A stretch of DNA of 64,000 nt. It comes from Candidatus Lustribacter sp. GTDB lineage: Bacteria > Vulcanimicrobiota > Vulcanimicrobiia > Vulcanimicrobiales > Vulcanimicrobiaceae. How positions within the stretch are numbered: the first letter of the stretch is position 1; the number at the start of each line of letters is the position of its first letter. Positions 30,308 through 39,051 of the stretch are shown piece after piece. The stretch lies in NCBI GenBank assembly GCA_965277805.1, contig OZ255842.1, positions 1,248,001 through 1,312,000 of the forward strand, read 5' to 3'. A program made the translations under genes and the position numbers. The notes beneath the pieces are model-generated. The model made no database searches, was not told the DNA's origin, and saw only the letters and a program-made list of their open reading frames with translations.

Positions 30308-31155
30308 GTCGCATCGGGCGCCTCTTCCGGCAAGAGGTGCCCGCAATCCAACGCGTGGCCGCGCACGTCGCTTGCGCGTTCGCGCCACGTAGCCAGCACG
30401 TCATAGAGTTGCCCGACCACGCCCTTCGCACCCCATAATGCGAGCAGCGGTGCGTTAACGATGCGCCCGGCGCTCGCATCGGCGGCGTCGAGTTCGAGCC
30501 CGATGCCGGCGGCGGCGCGATAATCTTCGCAACAGGCATGAATCGTCGCCGGATTGCAGTAGCAGCGGAGATATTCCGCGATCGCGGCATCCGTGATCGC
30601 ACCGGGCGTTTTGTTCTGCCGCCCGATGTGCTCGCGCAAGTAGAATTCCGGATCCAGACCGATGAGGTGTTCGGGAATCGGATAGGGCTGGATCTGGAAG
30701 AACCACCACACGTAACGCACGGCGAACGCCATGTCCGTGCGCGCGTACATCGTGAGCGTCGGCGCGATGTCGAGCACGGCGAGGCGTTGAATCGCCGCGG
30801 GCGCATCGAGCGCCATGCGATGCGCGACGCGCGCGCCGCGATCGTGTCCGGCGACGCCGAAGCGCTCGAAGCCGAAGCTGCGCATCACGGCGAGCTGGTC
30901 GCGGGCCTGCGCGCGCGGCGAGTAATTGACGTGGCGCTCGCCGCCCTCGGGTTTGCTCGAATCGCCGTAGCCACGCAAGTCGGTGAGCACGACCGTGAAG
31001 TGCTCGGCCAGCCGGCCAGCGATCTTATGCCAGCAGACGTGCGTTTGCGGATGCCCGTGCATCAAGAGCAATGGCGGTCCGCTGCCGCCGCGCAGCGTGT
31101 GGATCGTCGCGCCCTCGGTCGCGATCTCGGATGCGGTGAAGCCGGGAAAGAACAC
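30277..31155 (-). CDS. Alpha/beta hydrolase, haloacetate/fluoroacetate dehalogenase-like
   Basis: HGHPQT, DLRGYGDS, GHDRGAR nucleophile Asp, CEDYRA, CGHLLPEE. Confidence 0.9.
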   Translation of the reverse strand: MFFPGFTASEIATEGATIHTLRGGSGPPLLLMHGHPQTHVCWHKIAGRLAEHFTVVLTDLRGYGDSSKPEGGERHVNYSPRAQARDQLAVMRSFGFERFGVAGHDRGARVAHRMALDAPAAIQRLAVLDIAPTLTMYARTDMAFAVRYVWWFFQIQPYPIPEHLIGLDPEFYLREHIGRQNKTPGAITDAAIAEYLRCYCNPATIHACCEDYRAAAGIGLELDAADASAGRIVNAPLLALWGAKGVVGQLYDVLATWRERASDVRGHALDCGHLLPEEAPDATYDALLAFFR

Positions 31156-32847
31156 CTAGGGGCCGGTGTGCGAGCTGTCCGTCTTAACGACGATGACCGA
31201 CGGGCCGGCGACGGCGAAGGCGCGGTCGAGCGCGCCTTGCAGATCGGCGATGCGCTCGACGGACTCGCCGTGCGCGCCGAAACCGCGCGCGATGGCGGCG
31301 ATGTCCGGGCCGCGCAGGTCGCTGGCCGGAAAGGCCTTGCTGCCGGCGCCTTTACGGTGGCGTTTCACTGCCGCGCGCACCGCCGCATACGACGCGTTGT
31401 CGATCACGACGTAGGTGATCGGCAGCTGCATCTGCTGCGCCGTGAACAGCGCCTGAATGCCGAACTGAAACGAACCGTCGCCGACGACGTCGACGACGCG
31501 CGCTTTCGGGCGCGCGAGCTGCACGCCGATCGCGCCGCCCATGCCCCAGCTGAGCGAGCCGCCGGCGGCAGTGAGATGTTCGCGCGCCGCATCGGGAACG
31601 ATCGACTCGGCCAGATAGCCGCCGCTCGTCACCGCGTCGTTAATCACGAAGCAGTCGCGCGGCAGCATTTCGTTCAGCGCTTCGCACAGCACTTGCGGAT
31701 GAATCGGCGTTTCGGCGTAACGGGCGCGCAGCGCCGCCCGGTGCGCATCGGTTGCGCTGCGATAGGCCGCGATCGCCGCGGCTTTGTGCGCGGCGCGGGC
31801 GCTGCTCGTCGCCGGCGCGATCGCGCCGATGAGATCGCACAAGCCCAGCTCGGCGTTGCCGGCGAGGCCGACGTCGACGCCGGCAAGTTTGCCGATTTGC
31901 GCGGGATCGCTGCACAGATGGATGACCTTCGCCGCGGCGGGTTGCAAGGGGCCGCGCGCTTCCTCGAACTCGACGAACGAGTACATCCCGGCGTAGAGCA
32001 GGACATCGGCGCCGGCGATCGCCGGATGCGTGAGCGAATACGTGCCCGCGAACGCCGCATGATCCCCGTGAATGGCCGCCGCTTGACCGGTGCGCCGGTC
32101 TTCGAGCACAATCGGTGCTTGCAGGCGGTCGGCGAGCGCGGTCAACGCATCTTGCGCGTCGGCGTTGAACGCGATCTCGCTGCCGGCGACGATCGTGACC
32201 GCCTTCCCCGCGGCGAGCAGTTCGGCGGCGGCGCTGACGTCGGCCGGATCGGGCCGGCGGCGCGCAGCAAAGCGTTGACGCTTCGCCGGCGGCAACGGTG
32301 CCTCGAGTTGCGCTTCGACCAGATCTTGCGGCAGCCCGAGATAGGCCGGTCCCATCGGCTCCGCAATCGCAGCTTGCAGCGTGCGGCTCAGATCCCCCGG
32401 AATACCGTCGGTCTTCAACGCGACGCGCGAACGTTTGACAAGCTGGCGGATGTAGTCTTGCTGAAAGGGCGAGGTCGTGAAGCCGTCGCGATTGGCGATC
32501 GCTGTCGACTTGAGCCCGTTGAGGATCACGAGCGGGCTGTGGGCGTTGGCCGCACAGGTGAGGTGCGCGACGCCGTTCGCCAAGCCCACGTTGGCGTGCA
32601 GATAAGCGATCGCCGGGCGGCCGCTGACGCGCGCGTACCCATCGGCCGCAGACACCGCGATCGCCTCGTGCGTCGTGAGGATCACGCGCACGCCGGGATA
32701 GTCGAGCGATGCATCGAGCACCGCGGCTTCAGTACTGCCGGGACACGTGAAGAGCAGATCGATCTTCCAGTCCCGCAGCATGTCGAAGATCGCGTGCGCG
32801 CCGTCGTGCACGAGGGCTGCGGCGGCGACGCGATCTTGCAGTTGCAT
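31156..32847 (-). CDS. Cytoplasmic ThDP-dependent decarboxylase, benzoylformate decarboxylase-like
   Basis: PGSTE, HEAIAVSAADGYAR, GDGS...DN; start uncertain (32847 or 32865). Confidence 0.85.
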   Translation of the reverse strand: MQLQDRVAAAALVHDGAHAIFDMLRDWKIDLLFTCPGSTEAAVLDASLDYPGVRVILTTHEAIAVSAADGYARVSGRPAIAYLHANVGLANGVAHLTCAANAHSPLVILNGLKSTAIANRDGFTTSPFQQDYIRQLVKRSRVALKTDGIPGDLSRTLQAAIAEPMGPAYLGLPQDLVEAQLEAPLPPAKRQRFAARRRPDPADVSAAAELLAAGKAVTIVAGSEIAFNADAQDALTALADRLQAPIVLEDRRTGQAAAIHGDHAAFAGTYSLTHPAIAGADVLLYAGMYSFVEFEEARGPLQPAAAKVIHLCSDPAQIGKLAGVDVGLAGNAELGLCDLIGAIAPATSSARAAHKAAAIAAYRSATDAHRAALRARYAETPIHPQVLCEALNEMLPRDCFVINDAVTSGGYLAESIVPDAAREHLTAAGGSLSWGMGGAIGVQLARPKARVVDVVGDGSFQFGIQALFTAQQMQLPITYVVIDNASYAAVRAAVKRHRKGAGSKAFPASDLRGPDIAAIARGFGAHGESVERIADLQGALDRAFAVAGPSVIVVKTDSSHTGP

Positions 32848-32995
32848 CCTGCGGGGCCTTCGCACCCCCGGAAAGCGCTCCCTGGGGTCGGGCTGGCAGC
32901 GGTTTTGTAGAGTTTATGACTCGACAGGATGGCTCGGACCGCTTAGCGGGAACCATGGAATTTAGGGTGGCCGAGCAGAATTCGAGGTAGGTATC

Positions 32996-33958
32996 ATTTC
33001 CGGCCAACTGCGCCCGTTTGGTGACTTTTCAGATTTCGGTGAGGCGGCTGAAGGCGTCATGGACATGCTCAACGAGCTGCACGTCCTCGACGCCTGGTTC
33101 GTCACCCGCATTCGGCTCGATGAGTGGATCGTCACGCACCTGCGTGGCAAAGCGCCCTTCGAACGCGGCCAAGCGCTGAAGATTCCGGCCGCGATGCGCG
33201 AGACGATGCTGCGCGGCCAGGATGGCAAAAGCAAGATCGAGTCCGAGCTCGAGCAGGTCGCGGTGCGGACTTCGGCCGACCGCTCGCCCAGTGAACCAGC
33301 TTTCGTGGGCGCCCCGCTCGTGGTCGGTGACCAGCTCTTCGGCGTGCTCTGCGGCGTCGATATGAGCTCGAAGCTCACGCCGGCGCATCACGACTCGCCG
33401 CATCTGATGACGGCCGCACGCATTCTCAGCACGATCCTCCGCAACGAACTCGAAAATGAAGCGCTCATCCGGCGCGCCGAGCGGGCGGAGGCCGACGCCC
33501 TGGTCGACGAGCTGACCGGCCTCTTCAATCGCCGCGGCTGGGATCGTTTGACCGACGCGGAGGAAACACGGGCGGCGCGCTACGGTCACGGCGCGACAGT
33601 GTTCATGATGGACGTCGACGGGCTCAAGCAGAAGAACGACGGCGAAGGTCACACGGCCGGGGACGCACTCCTGCGCCGGGTGGCCGACGCGGTGCGCAGC
33701 GTGATCCGCGAGCACGACGTCGCGGCGCGTTTGGGCGGCGATGAATTCGCGGTCTTGGCGGTCGAGAGCGACGACGAGCAATCGACCGGCCTCCAGCAAC
33801 GCCTCGAGGCGGCCTTTGCCGCCGCCGGCGTGGAGATCTCGATCGGTACCGCGCACCGCGCGTACGACGGCGGGATCGCCGAGGCGGTCGAACGGGCCGA
33901 CGCGGCGATGTACGAGCGCAAGGCCGCTCGGGCGCGCGTCGAATCCAGCAGGGCATGA
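32996..33958 (+). CDS. GAF-GGDEF diguanylate cyclase
   Basis: DELTGLFNRR, DVDGLKQKND..GHTAGD, ARLGGDEF; first ATG is 33059 but the frame is open back to ATC/ATT at 32993/32996 behind a GAGGT RBS. Confidence 0.9.
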   Translation: MSGQLRPFGDFSDFGEAAEGVMDMLNELHVLDAWFVTRIRLDEWIVTHLRGKAPFERGQALKIPAAMRETMLRGQDGKSKIESELEQVAVRTSADRSPSEPAFVGAPLVVGDQLFGVLCGVDMSSKLTPAHHDSPHLMTAARILSTILRNELENEALIRRAERAEADALVDELTGLFNRRGWDRLTDAEETRAARYGHGATVFMMDVDGLKQKNDGEGHTAGDALLRRVADAVRSVIREHDVAARLGGDEFAVLAVESDDEQSTGLQQRLEAAFAAAGVEISIGTAHRAYDGGIAEAVERADAAMYERKAARARVESSRA

Positions 33959-34389
33959 GCCGGTTTTCCGCCCTCGCCGTCAGCCTGTTTCTCGCCCTTA
34001 GCGGTCCGGCCGGGGCGGAAACGCCGGCGGCGGCGGCCAAAATCGTGCCCGGAACCTACCGGCAGATCGATACGGTTACCAAGCAACCGCTGGCGCTCGG
34101 CAGCCAGATCGTGATCATCGCCGGCAAAGCCGGGCGGCTCGGATTCTCGCTGAACGCGGTCCGTCAGGCCGACATGAACCAGGGCTTCGTCGTAGGGCTG
34201 CTGCCGGCGGCGCCGCCGCTTACCTGGTCGCGCACGTCCGCCGCGGGAAACTGCCGTTTGAGCTTCGACGTGCTGCCCAAAGCGCTCAAGGTCACGCAGG
34301 ACGTCGGCTTCGGTGATTGCGGCTTCGGCGCCGGGGTCAACGCGACCGGGACGTATGCCTTGGTCGCCGAGAAGCCGCTCAAGCCTTGA
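33955..34389 (+). CDS. Hypothetical exported protein with two Cys
   Basis: Signal peptide ending AGA; ATGA overlap with the upstream gene. Confidence 0.7.
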   Translation: MSRFSALAVSLFLALSGPAGAETPAAAAKIVPGTYRQIDTVTKQPLALGSQIVIIAGKAGRLGFSLNAVRQADMNQGFVVGLLPAAPPLTWSRTSAAGNCRLSFDVLPKALKVTQDVGFGDCGFGAGVNATGTYALVAEKPLKP

Positions 34390-34415
34390 CCAATGAGGCC
34401 ATTTCCCGGTAATAT
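34386..34415 (+). promoter_or_regulatory. Sigma70-type promoter for rpsK-rpsD-rpoA-rplQ
   Basis: TTGACC-N18-TAATAT. Confidence 0.6.
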
Positions 34416-34419
34416 AGGG

Positions 34420-34575
34420 CGTTGTCTCCGGCGCTGCCGGAGTCGCGCATTTATGCGCCCACCGCCCTCGCCGAGCGGTTTGGAATGAGTTCGGGCCGGT
34501 TCGCGTCAGCGAATCAGTGCCGGCCGAGGCGACGACACCCCCTCTCGTTGCAGGGGGCAAGATAAACGACGGAGT
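34420..34575 (+). promoter_or_regulatory. Structured ~160-nt leader upstream of rpsK; candidate r-protein leader RNA
   Basis: Hairpins CTCCGGC/GCCGGAG, GCGCAT/ATGCGC, GGCCGG-TTCGC/GCGAA-CCGGCC, CCCCCT/AGGGGG before the GGAG RBS. Confidence 0.55.
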
Positions 34576-34581
34576 TTCCTT

Positions 34582-34977
34582 TTGGCGGCCAAGAAACAGA
34601 CCAAGACGCGCAAGAAGCGCGAGTTCAAAAACGTCGGATCCGGTATCGCGCACATCCACAGCTCGTTCAACAACACGATCGTGACGATGACCGATAACCA
34701 GGGTTCCACCATCGCGTGGGCGTCGGCGGGCAACCTCGGGTTCAAGGGTTCGAAGAAGTCGACCCCGTTCGCAGCGCAGATGGCCGCCGAAGCGGTCGCG
34801 CGCAAGTCGATGGAACACGGGATGAAGTCGGCTGAAGTTTACGTCAAGGGTCCGGGCGCCGGTCGCGAAGCCGCGATCCGTTCGCTGCAGGCTGCCGGTC
34901 TGGAAATTACACTCATCAAAGACGTGACGCCGATTCCGCACAACGGTTGCCGTCCGCCCAAGCGTCGCCGCGTTTAA
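34582..34977 (+). CDS. rpsK: 30S ribosomal protein S11
   Basis: [42 protein letters not shown] start. Confidence 0.99.
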   Translation: MAAKKQTKTRKKREFKNVGSGIAHIHSSFNNTIVTMTDNQGSTIAWASAGNLGFKGSKKSTPFAAQMAAEAVARKSMEHGMKSAEVYVKGPGAGREAAIRSLQAAGLEITLIKDVTPIPHNGCRPPKRRRV

Positions 34978-34995
34978 GAGAGTTTAGAGAAAGAT

Positions 34996-35655
34996 ATGGC
35001 TCGTTATACTGCTGCGGTGTGCCGTCTGTGCCGCCGCGAAACCGCCGCCTCCAAGACCGGCGAAAAGATCAAGCTCTTCCTCAAGGGCGACCGCTGCCTC
35101 TCGCGCAAATGCGCGGTCGAACGCCGCGGCACCGCGCCCGGTCAGAAGACGCAGAACACCAAGGCTCGTCAGAAGATCTCGGAATACGGCCGCCAGCTGC
35201 GCGAGAAGCAGAAGATGCGCCGCTACTACGGCGTGCTCGAGACGCAGTTCGAGAGCTACTTCCGCGAAGCGCAGCGCGTCCCGGGCCAGACCGGTAAGGT
35301 CTTCCTCCAAACGCTCGAACGCCGCTTCGACAACGTGGTCTATCGCCTCAACCTGGCGATGAGCCGCAAACAAGCGCGTCAGCTCGTGACCCACCGCCAC
35401 TTCCGCATCAACGGCCGGATCGTCAACATCCCGTCGTACATCGTGAAGGCCGGCGACGTGATCACGATCAGCGACCGCTCGAAAGAAACCGACGCGTTCA
35501 AGCAGCTGATCGAAGTTGCGAAGAACCGCCGTCATCCCGAGTGGCTGGAATTCTCCGAAACCGACGCATCCTCGAAGGTTCTAGCGCTGCCGGGCCGCGA
35601 GCAAATCGATACGCCGGTCGACGAGCAGCTCATCGTCGAATACTACTCGCGCTAA
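34996..35655 (+). CDS. rpsD: 30S ribosomal protein S4, zinc-type (four N-terminal Cys)
   Basis: CRLCRRE...C....C, SEYGRQLREKQK, ARQLVTH, LIVEYYSR. Confidence 0.99.
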   Translation: MARYTAAVCRLCRRETAASKTGEKIKLFLKGDRCLSRKCAVERRGTAPGQKTQNTKARQKISEYGRQLREKQKMRRYYGVLETQFESYFREAQRVPGQTGKVFLQTLERRFDNVVYRLNLAMSRKQARQLVTHRHFRINGRIVNIPSYIVKAGDVITISDRSKETDAFKQLIEVAKNRRHPEWLEFSETDASSKVLALPGREQIDTPVDEQLIVEYYSR

Positions 35656-35750
35656 ACCTCACTCAATCGCCGCTAGGCGTACGATCGTCGTCACATCGGA
35701 TGGTGTGCCGGCGGATAACGTAAGCGGAAACAAGGATCAACCAGAAAACA

Positions 35751-36677
35751 ATGACCGTCCTCGACACGCCGCAAGGCACCCAAATCGAAGTTCGCGAGCG
35801 CCGCGAAAATTACGCCAAGTTCGTGATCGAGCCGCTCGACCGCGGCTTCGGCATCACGCTCGGCAACGCGCTGCGCCGCGTGCTGCTCTCGTCGATCCCC
35901 GGCGCTGCGGTAACGTACGTCAAGATCGATACCGTGCTGCACGAGTTCTCGACGATTCCGGGTGTCGTTGAAGACACCGTCGACCTGCTGCTCAACCTCA
36001 AGGGCCTGCCGCTCAAGCTGAACACCGACGATCCGAAGGTGCTCACGCTCAACGTCAGCGGCTCGAAGGAAGTCACCGCGGGCGACATCTCGCCCGACGC
36101 CGACGTCGAGATCCTGCAGCCCGACTACCACATCGCGACGATGACGAAAAAAGACGCCAAGATCCAGATGGAAATCGGCGTCGAGAAGTCGCGTGGCTAC
36201 GTCACCGCCGACCGTCAGAAGAACATCGAGCACATGATCGGCCTGATCCCGATGGACTCGATCTTCTCACCGATCCGCAAAGTCAACTTCACCGTCGACG
36301 ACACGCGCGTCGGACAGTCGGTCGACTTCGACCGCCTCACGCTCGAGATCGAGACCAACGGTTCGATCACGCCCGACGATGCGCTCTCCGAAGCGGCCAA
36401 CATCTTCACCGACCAGCTCGCGCTGTTCATCGACTTCTCGACCGAAGAGAAGCCGGTTCCGACGGCGCCGGCCAGCGAATGGGACGTGCCGGTCGAAACG
36501 CTCAACCTGAGCGTGCGCTCGTTCAACTGTCTCAAGCGCGCCGGGATCTCGAAGGTCTCGGAACTGCTCGACATGACCGAAGACGAAATCTTCAAAATGC
36601 GTAACTTCGGTAAGAAGTCGCTCGACGAGATCAAACAAGTACTCGAAGAAAGGGGCCTGTCGCTCCGTCAGAGCTGA
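35751..36677 (+). CDS. rpoA: RNA polymerase alpha subunit
   Basis: EPLDRGFGITLGNALRRVLLSS, LSVRSFNCLKRAG, NFGKKSLDEI. Confidence 0.99.
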   Translation: MTVLDTPQGTQIEVRERRENYAKFVIEPLDRGFGITLGNALRRVLLSSIPGAAVTYVKIDTVLHEFSTIPGVVEDTVDLLLNLKGLPLKLNTDDPKVLTLNVSGSKEVTAGDISPDADVEILQPDYHIATMTKKDAKIQMEIGVEKSRGYVTADRQKNIEHMIGLIPMDSIFSPIRKVNFTVDDTRVGQSVDFDRLTLEIETNGSITPDDALSEAANIFTDQLALFIDFSTEEKPVPTAPASEWDVPVETLNLSVRSFNCLKRAGISKVSELLDMTEDEIFKMRNFGKKSLDEIKQVLEERGLSLRQS

Positions 36678-36704
36678 TGCTCTGACGTAGACGGCGGAAA
36701 CATC

Positions 36705-37058
36705 ATGCCGCACCAAATGGCGAACAAACGCCTCTCACGCACGCAGGGACCGCGTCGCGCGCTGCTCCGCAGCCTGACGACGTCGTTCTTTTTGCACGAG
36801 AAGATCGAGACCACGTCGACCAAGGCCAAGGAGATCTCCAAGATCGCCGAACGCATGATCACGCAGGCTCGCCGTGGCGATTTGCACTCGCGCCGCCTCG
36901 TTGCCGAGTACTTGCTCGACCCCCGCGTCGTCAAAAAGCTGTGCGAGCAGATCGCCCCAGCGTACAAAGACAAAACGGGTGGCTACACCCGCATCACGAA
37001 GTCACGCGTGCGTCCCGGAGACGCCGCCGAACTCTCTTTCTTGGAACTCGTCAAGTAG
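36705..37058 (+). CDS. rplQ: 50S ribosomal protein L17
   Basis: KIETT, GGYTRI, RPGDAA; follows rpoA. Confidence 0.97.
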   Translation: MPHQMANKRLSRTQGPRRALLRSLTTSFFLHEKIETTSTKAKEISKIAERMITQARRGDLHSRRLVAEYLLDPRVVKKLCEQIAPAYKDKTGGYTRITKSRVRPGDAAELSFLELVK

Positions 37059-37096
37059 CAGGGTTCGCGCTCTGCGCGAACCCGGGTCTACGCCCT

Positions 37097-38476
37097 ATGA
37101 ACACCACCACCGTAGCTGAAGACCCTCTCTCTCTGCATTCCGCGATGCGCTCGTTCATCGCGGACGCAATCACGCCGATTAGCGCGTTCCTCGCCCTGGC
37201 TCAGCCGGGGCGTTCGTGTTTGTTGGAGTCGGTCGAAGGCACCGACCGGATCTCGCGCTATTCGTTCATCGGGATCGACTATCTCGAATCGAAAGTGTTC
37301 GACGACGATCCGCAGATGCTCGACGGCATCCGCGCGCTGATCGGCAAGTACGAACTCGACACCTCGGCGTTGCCGTTCCCCGGCGGCGCGGTGTGCGTGT
37401 TCACCTACGATGCGGCTCGTCAGTTCGAGAAGATCGGGCCCAAGCTGCCCTCCGACATCCCGTTCTCCGACGCACTGGTGGTCGTGCCGGGAACGTGGGT
37501 CGTCTTCGACCACTTCACGCACCGCGTCACGCTGATCGGCTTTGCCCGCAATAGCGCGGAGCTGCCGGGTGTAGACGCGCGTCTGGCCGACTACGAACAG
37601 CGCTTGATGACGGCGCGTTCGAGCGTGCCCAAAGAGATCCGCGTACGCGGGGCGGTGAGCCAATCGATGGACCGGCCGGCGTTTCTCGAGCGCGTCGCGA
37701 CGGCCAAACACCACATCTACGAAGGCGACATCTACCAGCTGCAAGTCGGCATCCGGTTCTCGGCCGAGATCGAAGGCGGCACGCCGTTCGACTTCTACCG
37801 GCAGATTCGCGCCCTGAACCCCTCGCCGTACATGTTCTACATCGAGCACGGCGGCGAAGCGGTATTCGGCGCGTCGCCGGAGTTTCTGGTGCGTCTCGAT
37901 GGCCGGCGCGCGTCGATGCGTCCGCTGGCCGGCACGCGCTCGCGCAATCCGGATCCGGACGTCGATACGGCGGTTGCCGCCGAGCTGCTGGCAAACGAGA
38001 AAGAACGCGCGGAGCACGTGATGCTGGTCGATCTCGGCCGTAACGACTTGGGCGCGGTCGCCACGACGGGCAGCGTGCACGTTGACGAGCTGATGATCAT
38101 CGAGCGCTTCTCGCACGTGATGCACATCGTGTCGAACGTCGTCGCCGAGTTGCGCGAGGATCGCGATGCGCTCGACCTCTTCGCAGCCACGTTTCCGGCC
38201 GGCACGGTCACCGGCGCGCCCAAGATTCGTGCGATGCAGATCATCGATACGCTCGAGCCCGTCGCGCGCAACTTTTACGCCGGCAGCATCGCGCACTTCC
38301 ACTTCGACGGCGACATGGATTCGTGCATCACGCTGCGTTGCGTGGCCGTCGCCGGCGGCAAGGCCTACTGGCAAGCCTCGGCCGGCATCGTCGCCGACAG
38401 CGAACCGGCCGCCGAATATGACGAGATCCAACACAAAACCGGCATCGTCCGCGCCGTGTTAGGCTTACCGCGATGA
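37097..38476 (+). CDS. trpE: Anthranilate synthase component I
   Basis: LLES, NPSPYM, GASPE, PLAGT, KERAEHVMLVDLGRND, GTVTGAPKIRAM. Confidence 0.95.
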   Translation: MNTTTVAEDPLSLHSAMRSFIADAITPISAFLALAQPGRSCLLESVEGTDRISRYSFIGIDYLESKVFDDDPQMLDGIRALIGKYELDTSALPFPGGAVCVFTYDAARQFEKIGPKLPSDIPFSDALVVVPGTWVVFDHFTHRVTLIGFARNSAELPGVDARLADYEQRLMTARSSVPKEIRVRGAVSQSMDRPAFLERVATAKHHIYEGDIYQLQVGIRFSAEIEGGTPFDFYRQIRALNPSPYMFYIEHGGEAVFGASPEFLVRLDGRRASMRPLAGTRSRNPDPDVDTAVAAELLANEKERAEHVMLVDLGRNDLGAVATTGSVHVDELMIIERFSHVMHIVSNVVAELREDRDALDLFAATFPAGTVTGAPKIRAMQIIDTLEPVARNFYAGSIAHFHFDGDMDSCITLRCVAVAGGKAYWQASAGIVADSEPAAEYDEIQHKTGIVRAVLGLPR

Positions 38477-39051
38477 AGCTCTTGCTCGTCGACAACTACG
38501 ATTCGTTTACGTACAACCTCGCGCACCTTTTCGGCGGAACCGGTGCAGAGGTCGACGTCATTCGCAACGACGATCCGCGCTTGGTCGACGGCGTGCTGGC
38601 GAATTACGACGCGACCGTAGTCGGCCCAGGCCCGGGGCGGCCGGAGGATGCCGGAAGGATGTATGCGATCTTGCGCGAGGCGGCGGCGACGAAGCACCCG
38701 CTGCTCGGCGTGTGTTTGGGCGCGCAGGGGATCGGCGCCGTCTTCGGCGGCGAGGTGATTCACGCGCCGCAACTGATGCACGGCAAAACCTCGGAGATCA
38801 CGCACGACGGGTCGGGCGTCTTCGCCGGCGTGCCGTCACCGTTCACCGCAACGCGCTACCATTCGCTGTGCATCTCGCACGAGAACTTCCCGGCCTCGCT
38901 GAAGGCCGTCGCGGCGAGCGAAGATGGCGTGATCCAAGGCGTCGCGCACCGCGAGCTGCCGATCTGGGGCGTGCAGTTCCATCCCGAATCGATCCTTACG
39001 CCGGCCGGAGTGCAACTCGCGCGCAACTTCCTCGCGAGCGCGCAAGCATGA
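38473..39051 (+). CDS. trpG: Anthranilate synthase component II (glutamine amidotransferase)
   Basis: DNYDSFTYNL, GPGPG, GVCLG, RYHSL, QFHPES. Confidence 0.96.
   Translation: MKLLLVDNYDSFTYNLAHLFGGTGAEVDVIRNDDPRLVDGVLANYDATVVGPGPGRPEDAGRMYAILREAAATKHPLLGVCLGAQGIGAVFGGEVIHAPQLMHGKTSEITHDGSGVFAGVPSPFTATRYHSLCISHENFPASLKAVAASEDGVIQGVAHRELPIWGVQFHPESILTPAGVQLARNFLASAQA

Noticed and set aside
35656-35750. rpsD-rpoA 95-nt spacer as a structured regulatory RNA
   Set aside because: Only short, weak pairings visible; not enough support without comparative data
37059-37096. trp attenuator, T-box or intrinsic terminator
   Set aside because: No Trp-rich leader peptide or T-box sequence, and the hairpin lacks a U tract
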